Position numbers and translations under genes: made by a program | In this document: piece by piece, positions 28,448-39,084 of the stretch | How positions within the stretch are numbered: the stretch's first letter is position 1 | Layout of the letters: every line of letters starts with the position of its first letter | Notes under the pieces: generated by a model | What the model saw: only the letters and a program-made list of their open reading frames with translations | What the model was told of the DNA's origin: nothing | Database searches by the model: none | Source: an uncultured Bacteroidota bacterium | GTDB taxonomy: Bacteria; Bacteroidota; Bacteroidia; Bacteroidales; UBA12077 | Length of the DNA: 51,347 nt | Assembly: GCA_913055895.1 (NCBI GenBank) | Contig: CAJXLE010000003.1 | Location: 1 to 51,347, forward strand | Reading direction: 5' to 3'

Positions 28448-29932
28448 TTACTGCACCCCCGTCCGGGTATCCCACCACATTTGCTGACCCCAGTAATTGT
28501 CAACAATGTCGCTGCTTATTTTGCTGTACTCCGTTTCGTTCAGGATTTTTTCCTGTGTGGGATAGGGATAACGGAAAGGTTGCCGGTTGTGGCCGGGGTA
28601 AGGTGAGCCGGGTGCTGCATCCAAGGCCGGGAAGTCGGTTCTGCGGGTAAAAGCCCATGCTTCATGTCCCTGTTTGAACAGGCTGATCCATTTCTGTTTG
28701 TAGATCTTTTCCCTGTTTTCGGCTTCCGTGCCGCCCCATGCCACCCGGGGCTGTGCCATGTAAGCGGTGATGTCGGCCTCAACCACGCCGTTTTCTTCCA
28801 GTGAGCCTCTTACTCCGGCTTCATAGGCAGCCTGGGCGTTCCAGGCGCCGGTGTTCCAGCCATTCAAGGCGGCTTCGGCTACGTTGAACATGGTTTCCGA
28901 ATAGCGCATGAAAGGTGAAAAACCCTGGGGGTCCTGGCGGTAGCGGAACCCAATGCGCGAGATGGTATCCAGGTTAAAGGATCCCTTGACAGCCCCTTCT
29001 ACCAGTCCTATGTATTCTCCATCGGGATTGGTCTCAGCATAAACCGGGAGCCTGGGGTCGTTCAGGTTTTTCAGGCTGTCTACCAGGGTTCTGGCCATGC
29101 CATGGTCGTCGCGGGTTTCCAGGTTTTCTGCCCATGGTTCTTTGTATGGAGCAGTTCCGGGCCAGTGGAGGAAAGCATTGTCTTCGTTACTCTCCATGAT
29201 CGGGTTGTTGCCGGGATTGCCCAGGATGGTTTCAGCCAGCGACTGAGCCGTGCCTGGGTTCACCTCCGAGATGCGCATGGCAATTTTCAGCCTGATGGAA
29301 TTGCAGAATTTCTGCCATTGAGCAAAATCGCCACCGTACATGACATCACCATCACCCAGTACGTCGGGATTGGCTTCGTTGACGGGCTCGTTAAAGGTAT
29401 TGTTGGCGGCTTCCAGTCTGCTGATCAAATCGCCGTAAATGCTTTCCTGGCTGTCGTATACGGGGGTGTTCTCACCATCTTCCCCGCTGAGCCCTTCAGA
29501 GTAGGGGATGGCTTTCCAGGTGTCGGTCATCATCTGCCAGAGGAATACCGAAAAGGTTTCAGCCACCGCATTGGTTTTTGGCTTATCCTGGTCCATAGCG
29601 ATCTGGCTCATCTTCTTCTGATCAATCTGCAGGTTGTAAGCATCCTCCCACATGAAGTTGATGGTGCTTTCCCTGTGCTCATACCGTGCCTCATCCACAT
29701 ACTGGATTTTGGTGACATGTCCGGCAAAACTGGTGAAACAGTTCATGTTGTTCCAGTCATCATAAAAGGAGTCGCCAAAGTAACGCAGTGAGTGGGCAAG
29801 AATGTTGGTGGCCGGCACCTTATTGGGATTGTTCGGATCGGTGTTCATTTCCTCCCAGTCCTCAGTACAACCGGTGCTGAAGAATATCAATCCCAATATT
29901 GCGATGATGTTGATGATAGCTATCTTTTTCAT
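28448..29932 (-). CDS. susD: SusD/RagB family lipoprotein
   Basis: TGC lipobox, MNTDPN, IPYSE, YKQKWISLF...EAW...RR; follows susC. Confidence 0.92.
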   Translation of the reverse strand: MKKIAIINIIAILGLIFFSTGCTEDWEEMNTDPNNPNKVPATNILAHSLRYFGDSFYDDWNNMNCFTSFAGHVTKIQYVDEARYEHRESTINFMWEDAYNLQIDQKKMSQIAMDQDKPKTNAVAETFSVFLWQMMTDTWKAIPYSEGLSGEDGENTPVYDSQESIYGDLISRLEAANNTFNEPVNEANPDVLGDGDVMYGGDFAQWQKFCNSIRLKIAMRISEVNPGTAQSLAETILGNPGNNPIMESNEDNAFLHWPGTAPYKEPWAENLETRDDHGMARTLVDSLKNLNDPRLPVYAETNPDGEYIGLVEGAVKGSFNLDTISRIGFRYRQDPQGFSPFMRYSETMFNVAEAALNGWNTGAWNAQAAYEAGVRGSLEENGVVEADITAYMAQPRVAWGGTEAENREKIYKQKWISLFKQGHEAWAFTRRTDFPALDAAPGSPYPGHNRQPFRYPYPTQEKILNETEYSKISSDIVDNYWGQQMWWDTRTGVQ

Positions 29933-29968
29933 TTTTGACAAGATTTGTGGTTATACATAAGGACCGAT

Positions 29969-32900
29969 TTAGAAACGCGTGGAGACTTTCAAACCGATGA
30001 CCCTTGATGGCGGTATCTGGAATTGTTCCAGGCCCTGTCCCTGTAAGGTGGCTCCAAAAGCCGTTTCGGGATCGATGGGTATATCATTGGTATCATGCAG
30101 ATACAAGACAGCCACGTTCCTGGCATAGGCGGAAAGGGTCAGGTTTTGGATGAAACCGATTCTGTCGAGCCATTTCTTGGGAAATGTATAACCCAGGGTC
30201 AACTCCCTCAGTTTGATATAGGATCCGTCAATGACGTTGTGCTCCTTGACACTGTAGAAGCGCGACCAAAAGCTCTGGGGCGAGACGACAATGTCGTTGG
30301 GACTGCCATCCTCCTTGACGAATGTTTTACCGGTAAGCACATCTTCTCCGGCAATCAGGCCATTTTCACGGGTGTCCCCCTTGGCTGTCTCATCCAGGAT
30401 GCCGGCATACAATCCAAACATCTTGCTTACCGAGAATATGTCGCCCCCCTTGCGTCCGTCGATCAGGGCAGAAAAGTTGAGTCCCTTGTAGGAGAATGAA
30501 TTTCGAATGCCCCCTACCCAGTCGGGGGTGATGTTTCCTGCATTGATAGGATTGGCTGTACTCATGGGCCGGCCTGTTGCATCCACCACATAATTGCCGT
30601 TGTCGTCTTTCAGGAATCCTTCGGCCATGATCACACCCAATGGATCGCCGGGTCGTGCTTCAACGGAGACACCGCCCCAGGAACGGTTGATCTGGTAGGA
30701 TTCAAGGTCGCGATACAATTTGTTCACCGTGTTGCTGTTCTTCGACCAGTTGACATTCAACCGCCAGTTGAACCCGTTGGGAGATTTTAGGATGTCGGCA
30801 AAAGCAGATATTTCAATTCCCTCGTTTTCAATTTCACCTGCGTTGATCACACGGGATTCATAACCGGACGATGCGGGTATTTCCACGCTCAGGATCTGGT
30901 CGGTGGTGACCTGGTCGTAGTAAGTGAAATCCAATCCCAGTCGTCCATTGAGAAACTGCAGGTTGGTGCCAATCTCGAACGATTTGGTTTTTTCTGGTTT
31001 CAGCTCGCTGTTGGCCAGCTCCCTGGAGATGAAATACTGTGTTACCCCCAGGAAGGTGTTGGTGGAGGCCCCGTAATTGGTTCTCAGTTGATAAGGATCG
31101 GTATCATTACCTACAATGGCATAGCTGGTGAAGATCTTACCAAATGAGACAACCGGTATGTTGAACAGTTCGGTGAACACCACGTTGATGTTGCCCGAGG
31201 GATAAAAATAACTCCAGTTGTCCGATGGAAGGGTTGAACTCCAGTCGTTGCGTGCCGTACCTCCTATGAACAGGAAGTCCTTGTAGGACAGGTTCACCTG
31301 GCCATACACACTGTTTTGTTCCGATTCCTCGATGGTCTGGTCGGTCGTAGCCGATCCCGATACATTGGAGATGTGGAAGAAGTTGGGAACGGTCAGCTCT
31401 GCTGCTTGCAGCAGGGAAAAGTTGTAGTCGTATTTCCTGTAATGGGCTCCTGCCAAACCGTCCAGTCTCAGGTCTTCTCCGAAGGTCTTGTCGAAGTTGA
31501 CAATGAAATCGAAGTTGGTCTCCTGGAGGGTGCGTTTGTTTTCCCAGAACTGACCACCATTGTTTTTGTTTTCATTCGACATTTCCCATATGCTGCGCTT
31601 TCGTCTTTCCGTGAAATAGTCGGTTCCGAAACGGGCAGTGGCATTCAGCCAGTCGGTGATGGTATACCTGAGCTGGGCATTACCAAAGATGCGGTCGCGC
31701 GTCCGTTCGGTAGGTTTGCGGTTTACCGTCCAGTAAGGATTGTCGTGGTAATAATAGCTCCAGGTATAGGGCTTTCCAAAGGGATCCAGCTTGTTCCAGT
31801 TGGCTTCCAGGGCGCTCATGTTCACCTGGCGGCCAAACCATCCGCCTATGGACTGCATGACGTTGCCGGCATCGTAGCCGTTGTAGGGTATGTTGTCGCT
31901 GTGGTTCTTTACATAGGTGGTTTTGAATTGGGCATTCAGACGGTTGCCCAGTTGCACGTTACCCGAAAGGTTGATCGATGTTTTTGTCAGGTCGGTGTTG
32001 GGGATGGTCCCTTCGTTGATGTCCTGGGTGATGGACAACCTTCCGGTGGCCTCATCCACCCCACCCGAAAGCGACAGGTTGTGCGATTGGGCCACACCTG
32101 TTCTAAAGAAGCTTTCCACGTTGTTGGGGTGGGAGACCCATGGGGTGGCCTGGTAGGTGACATTGCCGCTTCCATCGATCGAATAGGGACTTGTGAACTG
32201 GGGTATTTCCAGTCCAATGTCCAGGCGCGGGCCCCAGCTTTCATCCAGGTAGTCGAAAGTTCCCGGGCTGCCCGGGTTGCCGTCGCCATAAGCGTAGGAG
32301 TTGTTCACAGCGTACTGATTGTATTCCTCCAGGTTGTCGACGTTGATCCCCTCGGCTTTGGCCAGGTATTCGCTGCCGTTCAGCCCCTGTCCGTATTTGT
32401 TTTGATAATCGGGAAGGATGTAGGGCTTGCTGAAATTGGTGGTGTAAGTGTAACTCACGCCAATGCCGGTTTTTTGTTTTTGACCGGATTTGGTGGTGAT
32501 CAGCACCACCCCGTTGGCAGCCCTGCTGCCATAGATGGCCGAAGCGTTGGCGCCTTTCAGGATCGAGATGCTCTTGATGTTTTCCGGGTCAATGTCCATG
32601 GCGGCATTGCCGAAGTCGGCATCTCCAAACTGGTCGACATCCGTGGAAAAGTTGCTCACCGGAGTGCCATCCACCACAAAAAGCGGTTGGTTCTCGCCGA
32701 ATGAGTTGTTGCCGCGTATGGTGATCCGGGTTGACGAGCCAACAGCACCGCTGGCGCTGGTGATCTGTACCCCGGCCACCTTACCGGTCATGCTGTTGAG
32801 CAGGTTCGATTCAGGTACCTGGGTCAGGTCTTCGCCACTGACATCCTGCACCGAATAGCCCAGGGCCTTTCGCTCGCGGGATATGCCAAGTGCGGTGACC

Positions 32901-33217
32901 ACCACCTCCTCCATCTCTTCGACAGCAGGCTCCAGTTCAACATCAATGACGGTTCTTCCGCGGATGGGAATTTCCTGTTTGATCATTCCCACAAAACTGA
33001 ATACCAGCGACTGTGCATCTTCGGGAACTTGCAGGGAGTATTCGCCATCCATGTCGGTGGATGTGCCTACTGTAGCCTGTTGTTTTACCACAACAGATAC
33101 CCCCGGGATGGGATCTCCCGTCTCCGCATTGGTGACGCGTCCTGTTATGGTTTGCTGGGCTATTGTGGTGAACCCTGCAAGCAACAAGACCCCCATAAAA
33201 ATCAGGAACTTTTTCAT
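29969..33217 (-). CDS. susC: SusC/RagA TonB-dependent transporter
   Basis: EEVVVTALGI, QPLFVVDG, ILKGANASAIYGSRAANGVVLITTK; C-terminal F. Confidence 0.96.
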   Translation of the reverse strand: MKKFLIFMGVLLLAGFTTIAQQTITGRVTNAETGDPIPGVSVVVKQQATVGTSTDMDGEYSLQVPEDAQSLVFSFVGMIKQEIPIRGRTVIDVELEPAVEEMEEVVVTALGISRERKALGYSVQDVSGEDLTQVPESNLLNSMTGKVAGVQITSASGAVGSSTRITIRGNNSFGENQPLFVVDGTPVSNFSTDVDQFGDADFGNAAMDIDPENIKSISILKGANASAIYGSRAANGVVLITTKSGQKQKTGIGVSYTYTTNFSKPYILPDYQNKYGQGLNGSEYLAKAEGINVDNLEEYNQYAVNNSYAYGDGNPGSPGTFDYLDESWGPRLDIGLEIPQFTSPYSIDGSGNVTYQATPWVSHPNNVESFFRTGVAQSHNLSLSGGVDEATGRLSITQDINEGTIPNTDLTKTSINLSGNVQLGNRLNAQFKTTYVKNHSDNIPYNGYDAGNVMQSIGGWFGRQVNMSALEANWNKLDPFGKPYTWSYYYHDNPYWTVNRKPTERTRDRIFGNAQLRYTITDWLNATARFGTDYFTERRKRSIWEMSNENKNNGGQFWENKRTLQETNFDFIVNFDKTFGEDLRLDGLAGAHYRKYDYNFSLLQAAELTVPNFFHISNVSGSATTDQTIEESEQNSVYGQVNLSYKDFLFIGGTARNDWSSTLPSDNWSYFYPSGNINVVFTELFNIPVVSFGKIFTSYAIVGNDTDPYQLRTNYGASTNTFLGVTQYFISRELANSELKPEKTKSFEIGTNLQFLNGRLGLDFTYYDQVTTDQILSVEIPASSGYESRVINAGEIENEGIEISAFADILKSPNGFNWRLNVNWSKNSNTVNKLYRDLESYQINRSWGGVSVEARPGDPLGVIMAEGFLKDDNGNYVVDATGRPMSTANPINAGNITPDWVGGIRNSFSYKGLNFSALIDGRKGGDIFSVSKMFGLYAGILDETAKGDTRENGLIAGEDVLTGKTFVKEDGSPNDIVVSPQSFWSRFYSVKEHNVIDGSYIKLRELTLGYTFPKKWLDRIGFIQNLTLSAYARNVAVLYLHDTNDIPIDPETAFGATLQGQGLEQFQIPPSRVIGLKVSTRF

Positions 33218-33879
33218 AAGGCAGTTGTTTAAGGTTTAGTTTTCATGAAATACAGGAGGGGCTCTAAGAAAGACGGATATGATAAATATTAACCCTAAAT
33301 AATATTTATGTCTATGAGAAAACTACCGTTTCCTTAAATCCCCTCCATTATATCGATTACCTGACAAGTTACATACGGAAGGGGATTCGCGAAAAACCTT
33401 TATATATAATGGGATTTTCCAGTGTTGAATGAGCTTTTTTTCTTTCTCAATCTTGTTCAGATGAATAGGATTAATTTCGTGTATGAATAAACCTTATTCA
33501 TCATTGGATTGTAGGTTTGTGCAGAAGTCCGGGGAGTATCGAAAGTCGCTCGGACCAGGTTTCAGGTATTTGTTCTCTACTGCCAGCAGATTGCTGGAGT
33601 GTTAAGCCCCTGACATACAGGAGTTTTTTATTTTAACTCCGGGGCTGGGACTTAGGTTGTTCCAGGGTTGATATAGGATATCAGAAATCAATAATATTTA
33701 GTCTTGATTATCCTTGCTTTTGAATAAAGAATGTCCTATTTTGCATTTATGACCAATCTTTAGCTCTTTGACCCATGATTTCGCCCGCCTATGGCAAAAC
33801 CATGGTGTATGTTTGGCATTTTGCTTTGATTACATAGTTCGGGACGGTGTTGTTGCCGTTCAAGTAATCCTTACCTGCC

Positions 33880-34614
33880 GTGGAAGAAATACAATGCATG
33901 ATTGCAGAGGACGATCCGGGTGCCCTGGAAAAGCTGAGGTTTTACATCGGCAAGGTACCCTTCCTCAAATTGAAAAAGTGCTACAACAATGCACACGAAG
34001 CTTTTGCCTACCTGAAATCCCATCCGGTGGACCTGCTTTTTCTCGACCTTGTGATGGATGAATTTTCAGGAATAGAGTTGCTCGAATCCCTTGATCATTC
34101 GCCCTATGTCATTATCACCACCGGTTTCGAGCGTTTTGCCATGAAGGCTTACGAGTTGAATGTCCAGGACTACCTGTTGAAGCCCTTTTCATTTGAGCGT
34201 TTTGTCAAGGCGGTCAACCGTATTTACGACCTGGTCCATAAAGATTTACCCTTGCATGAAGCCTTGGAGGAACACTCAGGGAATCACCGGACCCAGGAGT
34301 ATTTCTTTGTTCGCAACAACTACAAGATGCTTCGGGTAAGCTGTTCGGAGATCGATTACATCCAGGGACTCAGCAACTATCTTATCATCAAAACCAAATC
34401 AGGCCAGGTATTTACCCTGCAAGGTTTTTCAGACATCCTCAAGCTTCTGCCGGCGGACCGGTTTGTGCGGATACACCGGTCGTATGTGGTTGCCATCGAC
34501 AAGATTGAGTTCATCCAGAAAAACAAGGTCAAGATCGGCGAGCGGTTGATTCCCATCGGTGAGAGCTACAAGCAGATGTTCATGAACCACCTGAGAAACC
34601 ACCACATGATGTAG
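33880..34614 (+). CDS. LytTR-family response regulator
   Basis: IAEDD, DLLFLD, DYLLKPF, FVRIHRSYVV, IPIGESY. Confidence 0.92.
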   Translation: MEEIQCMIAEDDPGALEKLRFYIGKVPFLKLKKCYNNAHEAFAYLKSHPVDLLFLDLVMDEFSGIELLESLDHSPYVIITTGFERFAMKAYELNVQDYLLKPFSFERFVKAVNRIYDLVHKDLPLHEALEEHSGNHRTQEYFFVRNNYKMLRVSCSEIDYIQGLSNYLIIKTKSGQVFTLQGFSDILKLLPADRFVRIHRSYVVAIDKIEFIQKNKVKIGERLIPIGESYKQMFMNHLRNHHMM

Positions 34615-34747
34615 AGGTAAGATGAAGACAGATCTCAATGGTGCATCTCTTGAAGCCCTGTTGATAATCAATCCATCAGTTGACCTGCCCCACCGGAGGG
34701 GCAGGAAACGAACGATCAGCAGCCTGAGTTCAGGATCATACCATGGA

Positions 34748-35320
34748 TCAGGGGGTGGATAGTTTGGTCTCAGCCTGCTTAAAGAAAGGATTCTCGTGGC
34801 TGGCCTCTGCATACTGGTCGATGATTTGTTGCCAGTATTCCCGTGCCTTCTCCTGGTTGCCCAGCTGTTCGTGGGTAAGGGCATAATATTTGAGCCGCAT
34901 CTCACGGGTCTTCCATGAGCGGTTTAGCCCGTCGAAAATCTTGAGGGCTTTTTCGGCTTCCCCTGTTTCCAGGGCTTTTTTGGCTTCAATGAAGGATTCG
35001 GTGATGTGCAGGTTCTTTTTGATGTTGCGTCTTAAAAGCTCATTTTTCCCTCCAAGCGCCTTGCCGGCCTCCTGCAGCACACTTTTGGCTTCCTGCAGGC
35101 TGTCGGACATGAACAAGGCCCAGCCATAGTCGTTCAGCAACAAGGGGTTGTCGGGACGGTCCTGAAGCATCTTTTTATAAAGGCCGATGGCCCTGCTGTA
35201 GTTGCCTGCCTCCGAAAGATCATAGGCTTTTTGGTGCATTTGTTGTTTTTTGCCACACCCGGCCAGCGCAATCATTGCGGCCAGCAGCAAGGGTTTCCAG
35301 GTTGCTGTTAGCTTCATCAT
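34748..35320 (-). CDS. TPR-repeat lipoprotein
   Basis: LAGC lipobox; TPR-like helices; start taken at MMKLTATW. Confidence 0.7.
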   Translation of the reverse strand: MMKLTATWKPLLLAAMIALAGCGKKQQMHQKAYDLSEAGNYSRAIGLYKKMLQDRPDNPLLLNDYGWALFMSDSLQEAKSVLQEAGKALGGKNELLRRNIKKNLHITESFIEAKKALETGEAEKALKIFDGLNRSWKTREMRLKYYALTHEQLGNQEKAREYWQQIIDQYAEASHENPFFKQAETKLSTP

Positions 35321-35438
35321 AAGGGATGTTTTAAGATTTGCAGTTGGTAAGATAGTCATTTTGCCTTGTGTATGCAAGTCGCTTGATAGATTTGATCACT
35401 TCTGATCCGGGGACTTGGTTTTCGGATTTATTAAGATA

Positions 35439-35452
35439 TTGATATATATCAA
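35439..35452. promoter_or_regulatory. Perfect FNR/Crp-family box TTGAT-N4-ATCAA
   Basis: TTGATATATATCAA in the divergent TPR / ccsBA intergenic region. Confidence 0.6.
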
Positions 35453-35730
35453 ACCTATCATGAAAATGTGAAAATGTTATATATTTACGGTATTGCAGAA
35501 ACGGAATGCTCTTTTGGATGATGGAAGAGGTTCGCTGACCGGACTTTGAGGCTTTGTCAGCTCCATGGTCCGATCCAAACAAGAAGGCAACTGTTTCAGT
35601 CTCCGCCGGAGGCGTCTGTTGGTCGCTCATCACCCCTTGTGCCAATGACGTGGACCCGGAAGGAGTTCAAAGGCGTCAAAGGGTTGCAAGGGGCTTGAAA
35701 AGAAGTGGGGTGGGATTTTATCAATTTGTA

Positions 35731-38700
35731 ATGAGTAAAAACAAACATATGTTCAAGCGCAACAACTTCCTCTTTTCCTCCTGGTTCATGGGGGCCTTGT
35801 TTGTCATCTTTGTAGTGGCCATGGCCATTGCCACTTTTATCGAGAACGACTACGGGGCACAGGCTGCCCGGCAACTGGTATACAACACCACCTGGTTTGA
35901 ACTGATCTTTGTGCTGCTGGTCATCAATTTCACAGGCCAGATCTTCCATTATAAGCTTTACAAACCCAGGAAGGTCACCATCATGATTTTTCACCTGGCC
36001 TTTGTGGTGATCATCATAGGAGCCGGCATTACCCGCTATTTTGGTTTCGAAGGCATCATCCACCTGGAGGAGGGGCAGGCCAAAAATTACTGCCAGACCA
36101 ATGAGAAATACCTGCAACTCTCTGTTGAGGATGCAGCTGGTAAGACCTATTTTACCGATGCCGAGAAGTTCATCATCACGGAGGTCACCTCCGATGATTA
36201 CGACCGGGAGTTCCGGGTGGCAGATAAAAGATACCACCTGGAGTATGAAGGATACATACCCAATGCCCGGGAGACGGTTGTGGATGCCGAGGGAGGGCGG
36301 CCGCTGATCCAGCTTACGGCCAGCCGCGGCATGATGAACCGACAGAATTTTGTCCTGGCTCCTGGCGATACCGTACAACTGGAAGACCTTAAGATGGGTT
36401 TTTTGGAGAGCGATGCCATGGACATCAACATCACCTACCGTCAGGACTCCTTTTATGTTGCTTCCGACTCGGAGATCAGTCGCTTCAGCATGCAGTCGCG
36501 CAAGGCCGTCGCAGGAGCTGCCAAGGGTCCCATCCCCTTGCGGCCGATGTACATCTACAACATCAAAGGCTGGAGGTTTGTGGTCCACAAGGTGTCTTCC
36601 TCGGGCGTGGTGAAACAGATGAGGGGCCGCCCGTCCAGGGGATCTTCGGGCAGTGATTATGCCCTGCAGTTCAACCTGGAGCCGGAAAATCAGGCGGAAG
36701 AACAGGCGGATGAGCAGCCTCAGACAATCTATGTCAAGTACAGCGCCAGCGGTTCCCAGCCCGCTGTGGTGCAAAAGGATGGTCACACCATCCGGCTCGA
36801 CTATGCCCGCAAAAAGGTGGAGCTTCCCTTCCGTCTGAAGCTCGAAGATTTTATCCTGGAGAGGTACCCTGGTTCAAACAGCCCTTCATCCTTTAAAAGC
36901 CGGGTGGTGTTGATGGATCCGGAAGAAAATGTAGAGGCATCACGTCTTATTTATATGAACCACATTCTCAAATACGAAGGATACCGCTTTTACCAGTCGT
37001 CATACGACGAAGATGAAAAGGGCAGTGTGCTGTCGGTTAACCGCGATCCCGTTGGGATGCGGGTTACCTATACCGGTTACGGGCTTCTATTTGTCTTTGT
37101 TGTGATCTCGTTGTTGAATAAATATTCTATGTTCAGGAAGGTGAAAGCCAGTCATTGGAGGGGGCCTGTCAAGAAGGGATCGGCCGTGTTGCTGCTGTTC
37201 CTTCTGGCCGGCGGATCGGCCATGGCTTCCGGCAACAAGATGGTGGTCGACCAGGAGCTGGCCACCGAGTTTGGCAAGGTGCTGGTGCAGGATCGCCAGG
37301 GAAGGACCAAGCCCCTGTATACCCTAAGCCACGACGTGCTGCGCAAAGTGCACCGCACCAACCGTTTTGGTAATATGAATGCCATGCAGGTCTTCCTTGG
37401 GTTGCATTACGACTTTCAACGGTGGAAGGATGTACCCCTGATTCATATAGGGCATAAGGGTGTTCGCGAGATCATAGGCATCAGCGGCGATTATGCGTCG
37501 GTCTCCGACCTGGTCGACATGCGCAACAACAACTATAAGCTGCGGCAGTATGTGCAGGAAGCTTATTCCAAGTCGTCGGCCCAGCGCAACAAATTCGACA
37601 AGGAGGTGATCAAGGTCGATGAACGGGTCAACATATGCTTTATGGTCATCTCGGGCGACATGCTGAAGATCTTTCCTTACCGCGACGGCAGCGACAAGTG
37701 GGGCAAACCCAAAGATGCAGCCAGTCATACCGCAGGTCGCCAGGATTCCCTGTTTGTGAAGAACATCGTGGGGATGTTCCGCCAGGCCGTTGTGCAGGGC
37801 AACCACCAGGAAGCCCGCAAATACATCAGCTCGATACGTCAGTATCAAAGGAAATACGCCAGTTATGAACTGCCTTCCAACCGGAAAATCCGGGCCGAAG
37901 TGTTCTATTACCAGTCGCGTATTTTTGAAAGGCTCTTTCCCTATTATGCTGCTGTGGGCGTTTTTATGCTTGTCGTTATCATGAGCCGCATACTGGCGGG
38001 ACGGCGCAGGTTCGCCTGGCTCATACACACTTTCAGTGCACTGATTGCTTTAGGATTTGTCTTTCATACCGCGGGGCTGATACTCAGGTGGTACATCTCC
38101 GGCCACGCCCCCATGAGCAACGGGTATGAGTCGATGATCTTCGTCTCCTGGGTCATCATACTGGGCGGCTTCCTTTTCATCCGGCGCTCGAAACTGACGG
38201 TGGCAGCTACCGCTGTCCTCTCGTCACTGACCCTGATGGTGGCCCACCTGAGCTTTATGGACCCCGAGATCACCAACCTGGTACCCGTGCTGCAATCTTA
38301 CTGGCTGACCCTCCATGTGTCTGTCATCACTGGCAGTTACGGATTTCTGGGATTGGGTGCCATCCTGGGTCTGATCATCATGATCCTCTATGCGGTGGCC
38401 AGGCCTTCGCGGCACGACAGCATCGTCGATAACATACGCGATTTGACGGTGATCAACTACAAGGCGCTGACCATAGGTTTGTACCTTTTGACCATCGGCA
38501 CCTTCCTGGGGGCCATATGGGCCAATGAGTCGTGGGGCCGCTACTGGGGCTGGGACCCCAAGGAGACCTGGTCGCTGATCACCATCATCGTCTACAGTTT
38601 TGTTATCCATTCCCGCAACATACCCGGCTTTAAGAGCTTGTTCGCCTTCAATTTCCTTTCCCTTTTCGCCATCTCCTCGGTGCTGATGACCTATTTTGGC

Positions 38701-38847
38701 GTCAATTATTACCTCTCGGGTCTGCACTCCTATGCTGGGGGCGAACCCGTGCCGGTGCCGCCGTTCGTGTATATAGCCATCACGGTGGTGGTGGGACTGA
38801 CCATACTGGCCTATTACAACCGCTCCAGACAGATGGCCATAAGCTGA
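35731..38847 (+). CDS. ccsA: System II cytochrome c synthase, CcsB(ResB)-CcsA fusion
   Basis: ATFIENDYG, FHLAF, YQSSYD, LHV, WANESWGRYWGWDPKETW, GLHSY; start 35731 or 35749. Confidence 0.92.
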   Translation: MSKNKHMFKRNNFLFSSWFMGALFVIFVVAMAIATFIENDYGAQAARQLVYNTTWFELIFVLLVINFTGQIFHYKLYKPRKVTIMIFHLAFVVIIIGAGITRYFGFEGIIHLEEGQAKNYCQTNEKYLQLSVEDAAGKTYFTDAEKFIITEVTSDDYDREFRVADKRYHLEYEGYIPNARETVVDAEGGRPLIQLTASRGMMNRQNFVLAPGDTVQLEDLKMGFLESDAMDINITYRQDSFYVASDSEISRFSMQSRKAVAGAAKGPIPLRPMYIYNIKGWRFVVHKVSSSGVVKQMRGRPSRGSSGSDYALQFNLEPENQAEEQADEQPQTIYVKYSASGSQPAVVQKDGHTIRLDYARKKVELPFRLKLEDFILERYPGSNSPSSFKSRVVLMDPEENVEASRLIYMNHILKYEGYRFYQSSYDEDEKGSVLSVNRDPVGMRVTYTGYGLLFVFVVISLLNKYSMFRKVKASHWRGPVKKGSAVLLLFLLAGGSAMASGNKMVVDQELATEFGKVLVQDRQGRTKPLYTLSHDVLRKVHRTNRFGNMNAMQVFLGLHYDFQRWKDVPLIHIGHKGVREIIGISGDYASVSDLVDMRNNNYKLRQYVQEAYSKSSAQRNKFDKEVIKVDERVNICFMVISGDMLKIFPYRDGSDKWGKPKDAASHTAGRQDSLFVKNIVGMFRQAVVQGNHQEARKYISSIRQYQRKYASYELPSNRKIRAEVFYYQSRIFERLFPYYAAVGVFMLVVIMSRILAGRRRFAWLIHTFSALIALGFVFHTAGLILRWYISGHAPMSNGYESMIFVSWVIILGGFLFIRRSKLTVAATAVLSSLTLMVAHLSFMDPEITNLVPVLQSYWLTLHVSVITGSYGFLGLGAILGLIIMILYAVARPSRHDSIVDNIRDLTVINYKALTIGLYLLTIGTFLGAIWANESWGRYWGWDPKETWSLITIIVYSFVIHSRNIPGFKSLFAFNFLSLFAISSVLMTYFGVNYYLSGLHSYAGGEPVPVPPFVYIAITVVVGLTILAYYNRSRQMAIS

Positions 38848-39084
38848 CAGTTGTTGCAGGTTGACGTGGAAAACATCTTTCCTGTAACGGTTTTTGGTGG
38901 TTTTCTTGCAGGGTTGCTCAGGATTTTATAACTTTCAGCGCTTAAATTTTTTGTCCGTCACAGGGAAAAATTCTTGGCCAACAGATCATTTCACCTGGTC
39001 TGCTTGCGCCTTTTTTCTGACAGGCAGCAAAGGTGATATGAAGAGAAAGGCAGCGAAAAGAAACACCGAAAAAACTTAAAGAGC

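Noticed and set aside
31316-32704. 462-aa plus-strand ORF
   Set aside because: Antisense to susC; a typical codon-bias shadow
35651-35670. CCGGAAGG loop resembling SRP RNA helix 8
   Set aside because: The flanking CAGG/AGCAG internal loop is absent
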